Source of the DNA: Eledone cirrhosa
Taxonomy: Eukaryota
Reading direction: 5' to 3'
Assembly: GCA_964016885.1 (NCBI GenBank)
Contig: OZ024746.1
Span: 78,120,001-78,184,000 of the forward strand
DNA length: 64,000 nt
Below the pieces are notes generated by a model. It ran no database searches. It was not told the DNA's origin and worked only from the letters and a program-made list of their open reading frames with translations. Positions 1-17,139 of this stretch are shown here, one piece after another. The position numbers and the translations under genes were made by a program. How positions within the stretch are numbered: the first letter of the stretch is position 1; every line of letters starts with the position of its first letter.

Positions 1-188
1 ACCATCCAACTCTCCCTATCTCCTACACTCCCCCACCCCCTCCTTCTTGCCGATCTTTCACTTGTCTTTTGGGGTTTTTTCTCTCCCATATTTTATCTCT
101 ATCCTCCTTTCCTTTCTCTCCCTGTTTTCCTTTTCCGCTTCCTCTCCCTACCCCACCTCTCTCTCTCCCCCCTCTCTCTCTCCTCCTT

Positions 189-219
<31 letters not shown>

Positions 220-311
220 CCCCTCTCTCTAGCCTCTCCTCAACGCCCAAATTTCTCTTCAATAGACAGTCTCTTCTAATCATCTACCTAGCTACTTACT
301 ATATTTTTCTC

Positions 312-2484
<2,173 letters not shown>

Positions 2485-2709
2485 GTGTGTATGTATTTAT
2501 ATATATTCACACACAAAACATAAATGAAATATCTGCAGAGTCTTAATGGTTGCAATTAATGCATGTTTCATGGTTTGAAAAGATATATTTATCATTTTCT
2601 TTCATATCATATGTGCAATATTTTTATGCTTCCACAGCATTAAAAAAAAATTGGACATACATAAATATATATGCTTAAATCTACCTCTCTATCTATCTAT
2701 ACATATATA

Positions 2710-2779
<70 letters not shown>

Positions 2780-2839
2780 GTACATATTTATACATATATA
2801 TATATATACATATTTATACATACATAAATATATATATTT

Positions 2840-2893
<54 letters not shown>

Positions 2894-2939
2894 ACATTCA
2901 TATATATACATATTTATACATACATAAATATATATATTT

Positions 2940-2983
<44 letters not shown>

Positions 2984-2987
2984 TTTC

Positions 2988-3029
<42 letters not shown>

Positions 3030-3081
3030 TATTTATATATATATATATATATATATATGTATAAATTTGTATAAATATACG

Positions 3082-3119
<38 letters not shown>

Positions 3120-3462
3120 TATATGTATACACATACAAATATACACATATACCAACATACATATATCTAGCACTAAAACAAAACAAATGATATGGTGAGA
3201 GAAAAAAAACAATGAAGAAGAATGAAAAATGTATGTAAAAAGAAATAAAAACAATCGTATATCTATTCTACTTAGTCGGGTTTTTTGTGTGTGTGTATGT
3301 TCAAAGTATTTATTAGGAATTCAAAGAATATATCTTATGCAAAAATGGCCATCAATGACGGCGAAAAAAATATATCTATATAAATAAATAAATGTATTTA
3401 TGCATATGTATGTGTGTGTGTGTACATATATATCTATATATATATCTATATATCTATGTATG

Positions 3463-3497
<35 letters not shown>

Positions 3498-3586
3498 GTA
3501 TATTTATATATGTGTATGTATGTATATATGTATATGTGTATGTATGTATGTTTATATATATGTGTATGTATGTCTATATATATGTG

Positions 3587-3621
<35 letters not shown>

Positions 3622-3674
3622 ATGTATATGTATATATATATATGTATATGTATGTATGTCTATATATATGTGTA

Positions 3675-3749
<75 letters not shown>

Positions 3750-3822
3750 AAGCAAGAACAAGAAAAAAAGGGAGCAAGCAGAAAAGTAATATATATATAC
3801 ATATATATATATACATATATAC

Positions 3823-3853
<31 letters not shown>

Positions 3854-3910
3854 CATATATATATACATATATATATACTTATATATATATGCATATATAT
3901 ATATATATGC

Positions 3911-3954
<44 letters not shown>

Positions 3955-4221
3955 GGAATATGAAGAAATACTTCAGTGAGAAAAAAAATGTAATATAAAT
4001 GTAAAATACATGTTAAAATATATGTAAAATATAAAAAAAATCCTCTTTGAATTCACTATAATGTGTAATTTAGTTTGATGAGATCTATTTGTCCTTTGAA
4101 TAGCCTAGCATTTTATTGTTGAAATGGTGAATATATTGCTGGATATTAATTGAGGTGTGTATATGTGAGTATATATATATATATATATGTGCGTGTGTGT
4201 GTATACACAGATATATTTATA

Positions 4222-4256
<35 letters not shown>

Positions 4257-4392
4257 TTATATATTCATATGTATATATATATATTCTTTTTCGAAATTTA
4301 TTTTATTTTTTTTTAGAGCTTTTATTTACACTTGTGTGTGTGTGTTTTTTTTTCTTCATTCAATGCATTGAATGCTATTTATGATGCATGTG

Positions 4393-4441
<49 letters not shown>

Positions 4442-4455
4442 TTGTTGTGTGTATG

Positions 4456-4567
<112 letters not shown>

Positions 4568-4653
4568 ACTTGGTAGGTAGGTACTTCATGCTATAGACAC
4601 TTTCATGCTATATACCTTTATACTTATATGTATAATCAGTATTATATCATGTA

Positions 4654-4687
<34 letters not shown>

Positions 4688-6192
4688 GAATCCATAAATA
4701 CGTACATGTACACAAACACTAATATGTATAAATTTATTCCATTCCTAAGAAAGATATGTTACATATATACATATATATATTCATATATATGCAAGTAAAT
4801 GTAAATGCATGTGTATATATCTTTATATATGCACACACATATATCTCAGAATGATATATATATATATATATATATATATACACGCGTATGTATATAAATG
4901 TATATATATATACATACATACATATATATATATGTATGACGATGATGATTATATATATATATAAATATATATATATAAATATATATATATAAATATATAT
5001 ATAAGAGTGAATGAGATGTACAGACATTTGTGCTCACACATCGAGACATTATATTTATTTTATATGCATATATACATATGTATGTATATATTTTTTGTCG
5101 TATTTATGTGGATGTGCACACATATAACAATAATGCTTTTGAATTTCTTCTATCACTATGGCAAATTTATTTCATTCGATATGTATGCAGCCATCCTTCC
5201 CACTCATTCCACTTACTCCTACTCCTCTCCATTGATTCACACAGAATCAAATGCATATCACTGTCTCATTTACTTTATGGTAATCATAAGCATACATCTG
5301 TGTTTGAGAATATCATCTTCACTGTTGACTATAATGACTTTATTTTTCTATATTCATGATGGACCATTATATAAATTCAAGACTTCAACTCAGACATATT
5401 TTTGCCTTGCTTATCTTCCTTCTCCACAAATCCTATCCAACCTAAGCAGAATTCTCTGTCTTTTTGTCTGTCTCTTCCAATAATACCATTCTATCTACCA
5501 TTTATCTGTTCTCTATGTCTATCTCCCTAATTATCTCTCTATCTCTGTGTCTATCTACCTAACTATCTACATATCTGTCTCTCTCTCTGTCTATCTAACT
5601 CATTATCCATCTAGCTCTATATCTATCTTCTTAATTACCTGATTGTCCCTATGTCTTTCACTCTAACTATGTTTGTTTCTATGTCTATCTAACTGCCTAT
5701 CTATCTATCTGCCTGTTTCCCTGTCTATCTATCTATCTGCCTGTTTCCCTGTCTATCTATCTATCTGCCTATTTCCCTGTCTATCTGTCTATCTGGTTGT
5801 TTCCCTGCATATCTGTCTATCTGGTTGTTTCCCTGCATATCTGTCTATCTGGTTGTTTCCCCGTCTATCTATCTATCTGGTATATGTCTGTCTCTGTTCA
5901 TATCTATCTGTCTGTCTTTCTGCCTATCTATATGTCTATATATCTGTCTGTCTGTCTGTCTACATCCCTGTCTATTTATCTGCATGTCTCCGTATCTTGT
6001 AAAGTGAATATCCTTTACAAAAATGCTAGCGTGGATGATAGACGTTAAACTATGATGATGATGATGATAAAAAGCTCCGTTGGTTGTTGCTTCATGGGCC
6101 TGGCCCATCCATAAAGTAAAACAATGACTCTATTGCTGTTTTGTCTGAGGCTGAGATGTATTTCATTCTTTATTGATTGAGATATCTATTAA

Positions 6193-6364
6193 CCCTTTAG
6201 CATTTACATTACTCTATATGTACTATTGTAGTTTTGTAGTAAAGGCTTTATCTCACATAATATCTCACATAATATCGAATCTATGAGATTTTGATGTTAT
6301 TTATTTTGAGAACAATACCTGAACATCAGTAGGAGCTGGGTATGGCTGGTTTGTAGCTAAAGGG
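6193..6364. mobile_element. TTAA-flanked MITE, piggyBac-type termini (family A)
   Basis: ttaa|CCCTTTAGC ... GCTAAAGGG|ttaa: terminal inverted repeats with TTAA on both sides. The internal sequence is shared with about 8 other copies in the window. Confidence 0.85.
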
Positions 6365-6371
6365 TTAATCG

Positions 6372-6710
6372 ATCATCATTCATCATCATTTCATTTAAGT
6401 CCGCTTTTTCCCTGCTTGCAAGGGTGGGACGGGAACTGATTCTGGCTTGATTTCTACAGCTGGATGCCCTTCCTAACACCAACTTCATTTACAGTGAGTG
6501 CTGGGTGCTTTTTTTTTCCGTGGCCCCTCTACGACCACTTTACAGTGGAATGATAGGAATCCCAGTCCCTATCATCTCATTTCTACAGCTGAGTAAACTG
6601 GAGCAATGTGAAATAAAGTGTCTTGCTCAAGGAAACAACACATCACCCGGTCTGAGAATTGAACTCACAACCTTTCGATTGCAAGGCCAATGCTCTAACC
6701 ACTAAGCCAT
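6372..6710 (-). mobile_element. tRNA-head SINE with RTE-like 3' tail
   Basis: The reverse complement starts with an A-box-like TGGCTTAGTGG and a B-box-like GAGTTCAATTC, and ends in a (GAT)n tail. Closely similar to the copy at 52914-53250. Confidence 0.85.
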
Positions 6711-6842
6711 TTCCCACAACTGCCGCGGCCATGTGTTGAGGTGCCACACTATATGTTTGACAGTGTGTCCATCATGGCATTTCAGTGGGACTTAAAGATA
6801 CTTGGCCCTGTCCATCTCTCTTCTAAGTGTCCAGTTGTAGTG

Positions 6843-7126
6843 TAGGTGTATGGCCTAATGGTTAGGGTGTTGAACTTATGATCATAATGTTGTGGATTTG
6901 ATTCCTACACTGGGTTTTGTGTTGTGTTCTAGAGCAAAACACTTCATTTCACTTTGCTCCCGTATACTCAACTGTAAATGAGCACCAGCAATACCTGGGG
7001 ATTTAACTCTGTGATGGACTGGCATGCTATCCAGGGGGGAACACTTGTACTTTCTGCTACTTCATGCCATGGAAACCAGGATAAGCACCGACCTGATGAG
7101 CCTCCGACCTTGAGACAGAATCATCA
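6843..7126 (+). mobile_element. tRNA-derived SINE, MetaSINE-like central domain
   Basis: TGGCCTAATGG A-box and a degenerate B-box, then GATGGACTGGCATGCTATCCAGGGGG...CTTCATGCCATGGAAACCAGGATAAGC. Family assigned from memory. Related copy at 60558-60830. Confidence 0.7.
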
Positions 7127-7946
7127 TGTTGTCATGCAAATGAGACTGGCTATTTCAGTTAAGTTCTACTTTGTGTTTGACATTAATAGTGACTGTTATA
7201 ACTTCTCTTTGTAGGTGGCAGAACAAAGATAATTGTCTCCTGGTTAATGCATAAAGGCCAATCTCTTATTGCTTTTTGTGTACTCATAGATTAACAAAAA
7301 GTGTGTTTACACTTGTTTGTATTCACAGTGAGGTTTACAATATAAAAACAGTAGCTTACCTACAATAATTATTGTAGTTAAGATAAATTATAATTTATCT
7401 TAGATTTTATAATGTATACTGTGTTGTGTGCAAATATTTAATGTTCAATATTTAATTGTGAAGCAAATGCATGAAAAGCATACATTAAATAATGATAATG
7501 ATGATGATGATTGCAGTTAAGTTCTACTTAGTGTTTTACATAAATGCCAACTGCTATTAGTTCTCTTTGTAAATGGAAGAACAAAAAGTGTGTTTACATT
7601 TGTTCATTTTCACAGTGAGGCACGTAATTTACAAGCTGTAGTTATATCTGTTAAATTTATCGTAGAGGCTTATTATTTTCTATACAGTTTTGTCTCTGAC
7701 TTTACCCCTCACCGACAAAGGTTTTGATGGCAGTTTGTAGAAACATTCATAAAAATCAACAGAATAACATTTGTTCATTTTTGTTTAGGTGTTCTGTGTA
7801 TTAGTGTGTGTGTGTTGATAATTTTCTGAGAACACTAAAAAAATATTTATATTTGACATTTATTTCTTACTTATCTCTTAGACAATGAGGTAAATAAGAA
7901 TATTCCCTTTCTTTTTCATTTATTGTTATCACTATTATTATTGTTA

Positions 7947-7989
<43 letters not shown>

Positions 7990-8216
7990 GGTTGTTGTTG
8001 GTTGTTGTTGTCATTATTATTTTATTTTTTCGGCGGAATAAAACTATAATGGAAATGGAAAAGATGAACTTCTACTGAATTTGAAAATAAAATGATAATA
8101 GAATTGTCACTTTTATACATAAGTTGTATTTTTATATATATACGTGTGTGAATGTGTGTATGTATACATATACATACATATATATAAATATATATGAGTG
8201 TGTGTATGTGTGTGTA

Positions 8217-8286
<70 letters not shown>

Positions 8287-8945
8287 TATACATACATACA
8301 CACACACACTTATGCATACACAGGTATGTCTTTTTAGAAAGCATGCTTTCAGTTTTTAATTTGTTTAGGTTTTTAGAAAAGATATTTTATTGCTCATTTT
8401 AAACATGTGTGTATTATACTCACACACACACATATATATATATACACACACACACACTCACACACACACGCACACATATACATAGATATATATGCATGTG
8501 TATATATATAATCATATACATGTGTGCATAGATATGTATGAACTGGAGGACATATATTATATCATTCATTTCTCATTAAAGTTTTCAATGAATCTCAAAA
8601 TATATATATCTTATAGCACTATGATCAACTTATTGATATATATATATATACACACACATACGTGTGCACACAAACCGGTAGATATATATATACATATATA
8701 CATACATACATTCATTCATATAAATTATATATATATGCATAAATACGTATGTACACACACACACATGCACACACACACACACACACATATGCACATACAT
8801 ACATACACACACACACACATATATATATACACACACATACGCGTGCACACATACCAGTAGATATATATATATATACATACATTCATATAAATTATATATA
8901 TATGCATAAATACGTATGTACACACACATACATGCACACACACAT

Positions 8946-9004
<59 letters not shown>

Positions 9005-9178
9005 CATACATACGCGTGCACACATATCGGTAGATATATATATATATATATATACATATATACATACATACATTCATTCATATAAATTATATATATATAT
9101 GCATAAATACGTATGTACACACACATACATGCACACACACACACACACACACACACATGCTAATACACACACACACAC

Positions 9179-9240
<62 letters not shown>

Positions 9241-9321
9241 TACATACATTCATTCATATAAATTATATATATATATGCATATATACGTATGTACACACAC
9301 ATACATGCACACACACACATG

Positions 9322-9376
<55 letters not shown>

Positions 9377-9396
9377 GCGTGCACACATACTGGTAG

Positions 9397-9429
<33 letters not shown>

Positions 9430-9529
9430 TACATACATACATTCATTCATATAAATTATATATATATGCATAAATACGTTTGTACACACACACACACACA
9501 CAGGCAGACACACACACACACACAGGCAG

Positions 9530-9590
<61 letters not shown>

Positions 9591-9971
9591 TCTAATTTAA
9601 GATTATTTAACATTTTTTCTAATAAATTTTCATTTTGCATTTTCTCAACTTTGGCTTAAAATAAAAATAAATGAAATATTATTATCAGTACTACTACTAC
9701 TACTACTACTACTACTATGAATAATAATAATAATAAAGAATAACTGTAATGATAATTGACACCAGCACTACTACAATAATCACATCGTGACTATCATACC
9801 ACAACCATTACACCACCACCACCATACCACCACCATCATCTCATACCACCACCACCGCCTGCTTGAATTGACACAGACCAAAAAATAGAAAGAAAGAAAA
9901 TATTCAATTCTATTGCAAAACAATAGAAACATGAAGTAGTAAATATTGGAATATATTTGTTTTCATATTCA

Positions 9972-10008
<37 letters not shown>

Positions 10009-10053
10009 TCATACATACAGATATATGTATCTAAGCATATATACACTAATACA

Positions 10054-10087
<34 letters not shown>

Positions 10088-10824
10088 TATATACTCATAC
10101 TTATAGCTGCATACATATATATAAGCATACACACACTCATACACATATATATGCATGCTTTAAAATTACCATCATTTCTTTTTTTGTGGACATTAGGGGC
10201 CCATTTTAATAGCTGTATATTTAATGTTTACCATCATCATCATCATCATCATCATCATATGTTTGTTTTCTCGGCTAGTTAGGGTTGGACAGGTGTTCAT
10301 ACACGAAGGTAGTACTCAAGCAGGGTTATTGACCTTCTAGACATGCTGTGAGTACATATCTCACTGACATGCATTCACACACTCTCCTGAGTGCATTTTA
10401 TCAGGGCACCAGCACTAGTGATTTCATCATGTCTTTGACACAACTGTAGGATCCTCTTATTTTTGAAAATTAGATAAATCTTTCTAGAAATGTCGATTTC
10501 TAATATGGAAAGGAAAGCTTCTTTCTATTTTGTTATCATCCACATTATCATTTTCACATCTACTTTCTCTGCTAGCAAAGATTCAATATTATGTGAGCTA
10601 ATTCTGTGAGGTAACGCCTTTACCACAAAAATACAATAGTAAATATAATGTAATGTAAATGATAAAGGGCAAAGTTGTTTTATGTATGAACCTTTTATTT
10701 AGTTATGTTACTAATACTGCCTTAGTGGTATAATAATTTTAGTAAATCTTTCTAAATAGGAACCCTTTAAAATGGGTGGTTTTGTTTTTCGCATAACTAG
10801 AGCTGGTTTTGACCAGATTGATAT

Positions 10825-11410
10825 CAAATGGTATAAGGTAGAGAAGGACCAGCTGACCAGCCCTATTGCCTACCTGTTAGAAACCCAAATGGGATAAGGT
10901 TGAGAAGGACCAGCTGACCAGCCCTATTGCCTACCTGTTAGAAACCCAAATGGTATAAGGTTGAGAAGGACCAGCTGACCAGCCCTATTGCCTACCTGTT
11001 AGAAACCCAAATGGGATAAGGTAGAGAAGGACCAGCTGACCAGCCCTATTGCCTACCTGTTAGAAACCCAAATGGGATAAGGTAGAGAAGGACCAGCTGA
11101 CCAGCCCTATTGCCTACCTGTTAGAAACCCAAATGGGATAAGGTAGGGAAGGACCAGCTGACCAGCCCTATTGCCTACCTGTTAGAAACCCAAATGGGAT
11201 AAGGTAGGGAAGGACCAGCTGACCAGCCCTATTGCCTACCTGTTAGAAACCCAAATGGGATAAGGTAGAGAAGGACCAGCTGACCAGCCCTATTGCCTAC
11301 CTGTTAGAAACCCAAATGGGATAAGGTAGGGATGGTGGGACCAGCCAATCAGCCCTGGGAGGGAAGGACCAACTGACCAGCCCTATTGCCTACCTGTTAG
11401 AAACCCAAAT
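10825..11410. repeat. 61-bp minisatellite, about 8 full copies plus a partial copy
   Basis: Unit AAATGGGATAAGGTAGAGAAGGACCAGCTGACCAGCCCTATTGCCTACCTGTTAGAAACCC; copies nearly identical. Confidence 0.97.
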
Positions 11411-11899
11411 TGAAATTGAGATGAAGAAATCAATTTATGTGTGTGTGTGCGTGTCATTTATGTCACCCCCCCCCCCTTTTTTCCCCCCCCTTGATATCAG
11501 CACGCTGCAGTAATTTGCAATGCAAAATGGTTGATGTAACCACAGTTCTTGCTAAACTGTCAGAGAAATCGTCAAATGTATAATTAAAAAAAAAGGAATT
11601 AAAAAAAATTACAGCCGCGAGGCCCTTTTGCATTCCATATGTGTTCAATTGTTGGATGAGTAGCAACTAATGGCTCTTTCAACATTGCCAGTCATTTGGT
11701 ATTCTTCATTTCCTTCAGTATTTCCTTCTTTATATTTTATTTGGTTCTTTATCTGTTTGTTTATTTATTTGTTTGTTTGCTGTTAGGAACTGACTTTGTT
11801 ATGCATTTGTAATGTAACGCAGTAGCAGAGAGAGATAGAGATAAGTAGAGAGAGAGATATTGAGAGTGGGAGAGAGATTGAGAGAGAGGAGAGAGAGAG

Positions 11900-12335
11900 A
11901 GAGCGGGGAAGAGAGATGTGAGCAAGAGGAATAGATATAAAGATGGAGAGAGAGAGGGGGGGGGGGAGATGTGAGCAAGAGGAATAGATATAAAGATGGA
12001 GAGAGAGAGAGGGGGGGGGGAGATGTGAGCAAGAGGAATAGATATAAAGATGGAGAGAGAGAGAGGGGGGGGGGGAGATGTGAGCAAGAGGAATAGATAT
12101 AAAGATGGAAAGAGACAGAGAGAAGGGGGGTGGGGGAGAAGAGAGATGTGAGCAAGAGGAATAGATATAAAGATGGAGAGAGTGGGAGAGAGAAAAAGAT
12201 AGAGAGAGAGAGAGAGAGGAAGATAGATGTGAGCAAGAAAAACACAGATAGATAGATTGAGAGAGAGATTTGAGCAAGACAAATAGATATAAAGATGGAG
12301 AGAGAGAGAGAGAAAGAGAGATATGAGCAAGAGAA
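11900..12335. repeat. Purine-rich minisatellite of about 55-60 bp with variable GA and G tracts
   Basis: Core GAGATGTGAGCAAGAGGAATAGATATAAAGATGG recurs about 7 times. Confidence 0.9.
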
Positions 12336-12502
12336 AAAGATAGCGGGGGAGAGATGTTGGTCATTATGATGTAAATTGTTTCCTAACTCACTGACATGCC
12401 ATATCATTTCCTCTGTGTATCTTTTAATCTTCGCTGATGAATTTTCATTATAGTTTTTTTAAAAGATTCTGGCTTTTGTTTATTTTTTTTTCACACCATT
12501 CC

Positions 12503-12538
<36 letters not shown>

Positions 12539-12608
12539 GTAGTAGTAGTATTAGTAGTAGTAGTAGTAGTAGTGTGTGTTTCTCTACTACTTGTTCTCTC
12601 CTACTCCT

Positions 12609-12648
<40 letters not shown>

Positions 12649-12699
12649 TTACTCCCCCCCCCCTTTTATTCCTTGCCTTCATCCTCCCCAACTATTCAC

Positions 12700-13625
12700 T
12701 ACCACCACCACCACCACTGCTACCACCTCTATCATCACGACCACCAACACCACCACTACTACCACTACCATCACCTATACCACCTACATCGCCAACACCA
12801 CCACTACTACCACTACCATCACCTATACCACCTACATCGCCAACACCACCACCACTACCACTACCATCACCTATACCACCTACACCACCAACACCACCAC
12901 CACTACCACCTACACCACCAACACCACCACCACTACCACTACCATCACCTATACCACCTACACCGCCAACACCACCACTACTACCACTACCATCACCTAT
13001 ACCACCTACACCACCAACACCACCACTACTACCACTACCATCACCTATACCACCTACACCGCCAACACCACCACTACTACCACTACCATCACCTATACCA
13101 CCTACACCGCCAACACCACCACTACTACCACTACCATCAGCTATACCACCTACACCACCAACACCACCACTACTACCACTACCATCACCTATACCACCTA
13201 CACCACCAACACCACCACCACCACCACTACCATCACCTATACCACCTACACCACCAACACCACCACTACTACCACTACCATCACCTATACCACCTACACC
13301 ACCACCACTACCATCACCTATACCACCTACAACACCAACACCACCACCACTACCACTACCATCACCTATACCACCTACACCGCCAACACCAACACCACCA
13401 CCACTACCACCACTTATACCACCTACACCACCAACACCACCACCACTACCACTACCATCACCTATACCACCTACACCACCAACACCACTACCACCACTTA
13501 TACCACCTACACAACCAACACCACCACCACTACCACTACCATCACCTATACCACCTACACCACCACTGCCACCACTACCATTACTACAACCACCACCACC
13601 ACCATCACCACTACTACAACCACTG
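12700..13625. repeat. 48-bp (ACC/ACT)-derived minisatellite
   Basis: Unit approximately AACACCACCACTACTACCACTACCATCACCTATACCACCTACACCACC. It produces the Thr-, His-, Pro- and Gly-rich ORFs in the track. Confidence 0.93.
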
Positions 13626-13864
13626 TTTGTGGTGGTAGCAATGGTGGTGGTGGTGATGGTAGAAGTGGTAGCAGTGGTGGTGCTGGTGGTGATGATAGCA
13701 GCGGTAGCGGTAGTGGTGGTGGTGGTGATGATGGTAGTGGTAGTAGCAGTGGTGGTAGCAGTGGTGGTGGTTATAGACTTCAGAAATGGTTCTAATATAC
13801 AGATTGACACATGCATCTCTCAATTTTTTGTCATCATTATCACCATGGTGATCATCATTATCTT

Positions 13865-13898
<34 letters not shown>

Positions 13899-14057
13899 TA
13901 TTGTCCATGCCTGCATGGGTTAGATGGTTGTCATGTTCTGAGGCTAAAGAGGTCAGATAAGCACATCTTGCTCATGCATTCCATTTCAGCCTAGTTTCTA
14001 TCACTGGACACTCATCCTAATGTCATCCACTTTACAATGTGGACTAGGTATATTTAT

Positions 14058-17000
14058 CATGGCACCAGCACTACCACCTTACTGGGTGGAGTGGGAGCTT
14101 CTTACCATGGCACCAGCACTACCACCTTACTGGGTGGAGTGGGAGCTTCTTATCATGGCACCAGCACTACCACCTAACTGGGTGGAGTGGGAGCTTCTTA
14201 CCATGGCACCAGCACTACCACCTTACTGGGTGGAGTGGGAGCTTCTTACCATGGCACCAGCACTACCACCTTACTGAGTGGAGTGGGAGCTTCTTACCAT
14301 GGCACCAGCACTACCACCTTACTGGGTGGAGTGGGAGCTTCTTATCATGGCACCAGCGCTACCACCTTACTGGGTGGAGTGGGAGCTTCTTATCATGACA
14401 CCAGCACTACCACCTTACTGGGTGGAGTGGGAGCTTCTTACCATGGCACCAGCACTACCACCTTACAGGGTGGAGTGGGAGCTTCTTACCATGGCACCAG
14501 CACTACCACCTTACTGGGTGGAGTGGGAGCTTCTTATCATGGCACCAGCACTACCACCTTACTGGGTGGAGTGGGAGCTTCTTATCATGGCACCAGCACT
14601 ACCACCTTACTGGGTGGAGTGGGAACTTCTTACCATGGCACCAGCACTACCACCTTACTGGGTGGAGTGGGAGCTTCTTATCATGGCACCAGCACTACCA
14701 CCTTACTGGGTGGAGTGGGAGCTTCTTATCATGGCACCAGCACTACCACCTTACTGGGTGGAGTGGGAGCTTCTTATCATGGCACCAGCACTACCACCTT
14801 ACTGGGTGGAGTGGGAGCTTCTTACCATGGCACCAGCACTACCACCTTACTGAGTGGGGTGGGAGCTTCTTATCATGGCACCAGCACTACCACCTTACTG
14901 AGTGGAGTGGGAGCTTCTTATCATGGCACCAGCACTACCACCTTACTGAGTGGAGTGGGAGCAAATCATGGCACCAGCACTACCACCTTACTGGGTGGAG
15001 TGGGAGCTTCTTACAATGGCACCAGCACTACCACCTTACTGGGTGGAGTGGGAGCTTCTTATCATGGCACCAGCACTACCACCTTACTGGGTGGAGTGGG
15101 AGCTTCTTATCATGGCACCAGCACTACCACCTTACTGGGTGGAGTGGGAGCTTCTTACCATGGCACCAGCACTACCACCTTACTGGGTGGAGTGGGAGCT
15201 TCTTACCATGGCACCAGCACTACCACCTTACTGGGTGGAGTGGGAGCTTCTTATCATGGCACCAGCACTACCACCTTACTGGGTGGAGTGGGAGCTTCTT
15301 ACCATGGCACCAGCACTTCCACCTTACTGGGTGGAGTGGGAGCTTCTTACCATGGCACCAGCACTACCACCTAACTGGGTGGAGTGGGAGCTTCTTATCA
15401 TGGCACCAGCACTACCACCTTACTGGGTGGAGTGGGAGCTTCTTACCATGGCACCAGCACTACCACCTTACTGGGTGGAGTGGGAGTTTCTTATCATGGC
15501 ACCAGCACTACCACCTTACTGGGTGGAGTGGGAGCTTCTTATCATGGCACCAGCACTACCACCTTACTGAGTGGAGTGGGAGTTTCTTATCATGGCACCA
15601 GCACTACCACCTTACTGGGTGGAGTGGGAGCTTCTTATCATGGCACCAGCACTACCACCTTACTGGGTGGAGTGGGAGCTTCTTATCATGGCACCAGCAC
15701 TACCACCTTACTGGGTGGAGTGGGAGCTTCTTATCATGGCACCAGCACTACCACCTTACTGAGTGGAGTGGGAGCTTATCATGGCACCAGCGCTACCACC
15801 TTACTGAGTGGAGTGGGAGTTTCTTATCATGGCACCAGCACTACCACCTTACTGGGTGGAGTGGGATCTTCTTATGGCAACAGCACTGCCACCTTACTGA
15901 GTGGAGTGGGAGCTTCTTATCATGACACCAGCGCTACCTCCTTACTGAGTGGAGTGGGAGTTTCTTATCATGGCACCAGCACTACCACCTTACTGGGTGG
16001 AGTGGGAGCTTCTTATCATGGCACCAGCACTACCACCTTACTGGGTGGAGTGGGAGCTTCTTATCATGGCACCAGCACTACCACCTTACTGAGTGGAGTG
16101 GGAGCTTCTTATCATGGCACCAGCACTACCACCTTACTGGGTGGAGTGGGAGCTTCTTACCATGGCACCAGCACTACCACCTTACTGGGTGGAGTGGGAG
16201 CTTCTTACCATGGCACCAGCACTACCACCTTACTGGGTGGAGTGGGAGCTTCTTACCATGGCACCAGCGCTACCTCCTTACTGGGTGGAGTGGGAGCTTC
16301 TTATCATGGCACCAGCGCTACCTCCTTACTGAGTGGAGTGGGAGCTTCTTATCATGGCACCAGCACTACCACCTTACTGGGTGGAGTGGGAGCTTCTTAC
16401 CATGGCACCAGCACTACCACCTTACTGGGTGGAGTGGGAGCTTCTTACCATGGCACCAGCACTACCACCTTACTGGGTGGAGTGGGAGCTTCTTATCATG
16501 GCACCAGCACTACCACCTTACTTGGTGGAGTGGGAGCTTCTTACCATGGCACCAGCACTACCACCTTACTGGGTGGAGTGGGAGCTTCTTATCATGGCAC
16601 CAGCGCTACCTCCTTACTGAGTGGAGTGGGAGTTTCTTATCATGGCACCAGCACTACCACCTTACTGGGTGGAGTGGGAGCTTCTTATCATGGCACCAGC
16701 ACTACCACCTTACTGGGTGGAGTGGGAGCTTCTTATCATGGCACCAGCACTACCACCTTACTGGGTGGAGTGGGAGCTTCTTACCATGGCACCAGCACTA
16801 CCACCTTACTGGGTGGAGTGGGAGCTTCTTACCATGGCACCAGCACTACCACCTTACTGGGTGGAGTGGGAGCTTCTTACCATGGCACCAGCACTACCAC
16901 CTAACTGGGTGGAGTGGGAGCTTCTTATCATGGCACCAGCACTACCACCTTACTGGGTGGAGTGGGAGCTTCTTACCATGGCACCAGCACTACCACCTTA

Positions 17001-17139
17001 CTGGGTGGAGTGGGAGCTTCTTACCATGGCACCAGCACTACCACCTAACTGGGTGGAGTGGGAGCTTCTTATCATGGCACCAGCACTACCACCTTACTGA
17101 GTGGAGTGGGAGCTTCTTACCATGGCACCAGCACTACCA
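14058..17139. repeat. 48-bp tandem array, about 64 copies
   Basis: Unit CATGGCACCAGCACTACCACCTTACTGGGTGGAGTGGGAGCTTCTTA(T/C). Stops or indels occur in the + strand frames shown. Confidence 0.98.

Noticed and set aside
12437-13994. Mucin-, extensin- or His-rich-looking ORFs of 350-470 aa
   Set aside because: Open in all three + frames and one - frame because of the ACC-derived repeat, and flanked by simple repeats. No coding evidence.
14187-17100. Repeat protein (GASYHGTSTTTLLGGV)n or (MAPALPPYWVEWELL)n
   Set aside because: Stops and indels break these frames, and the unit derives from non-coding SINE sequence.
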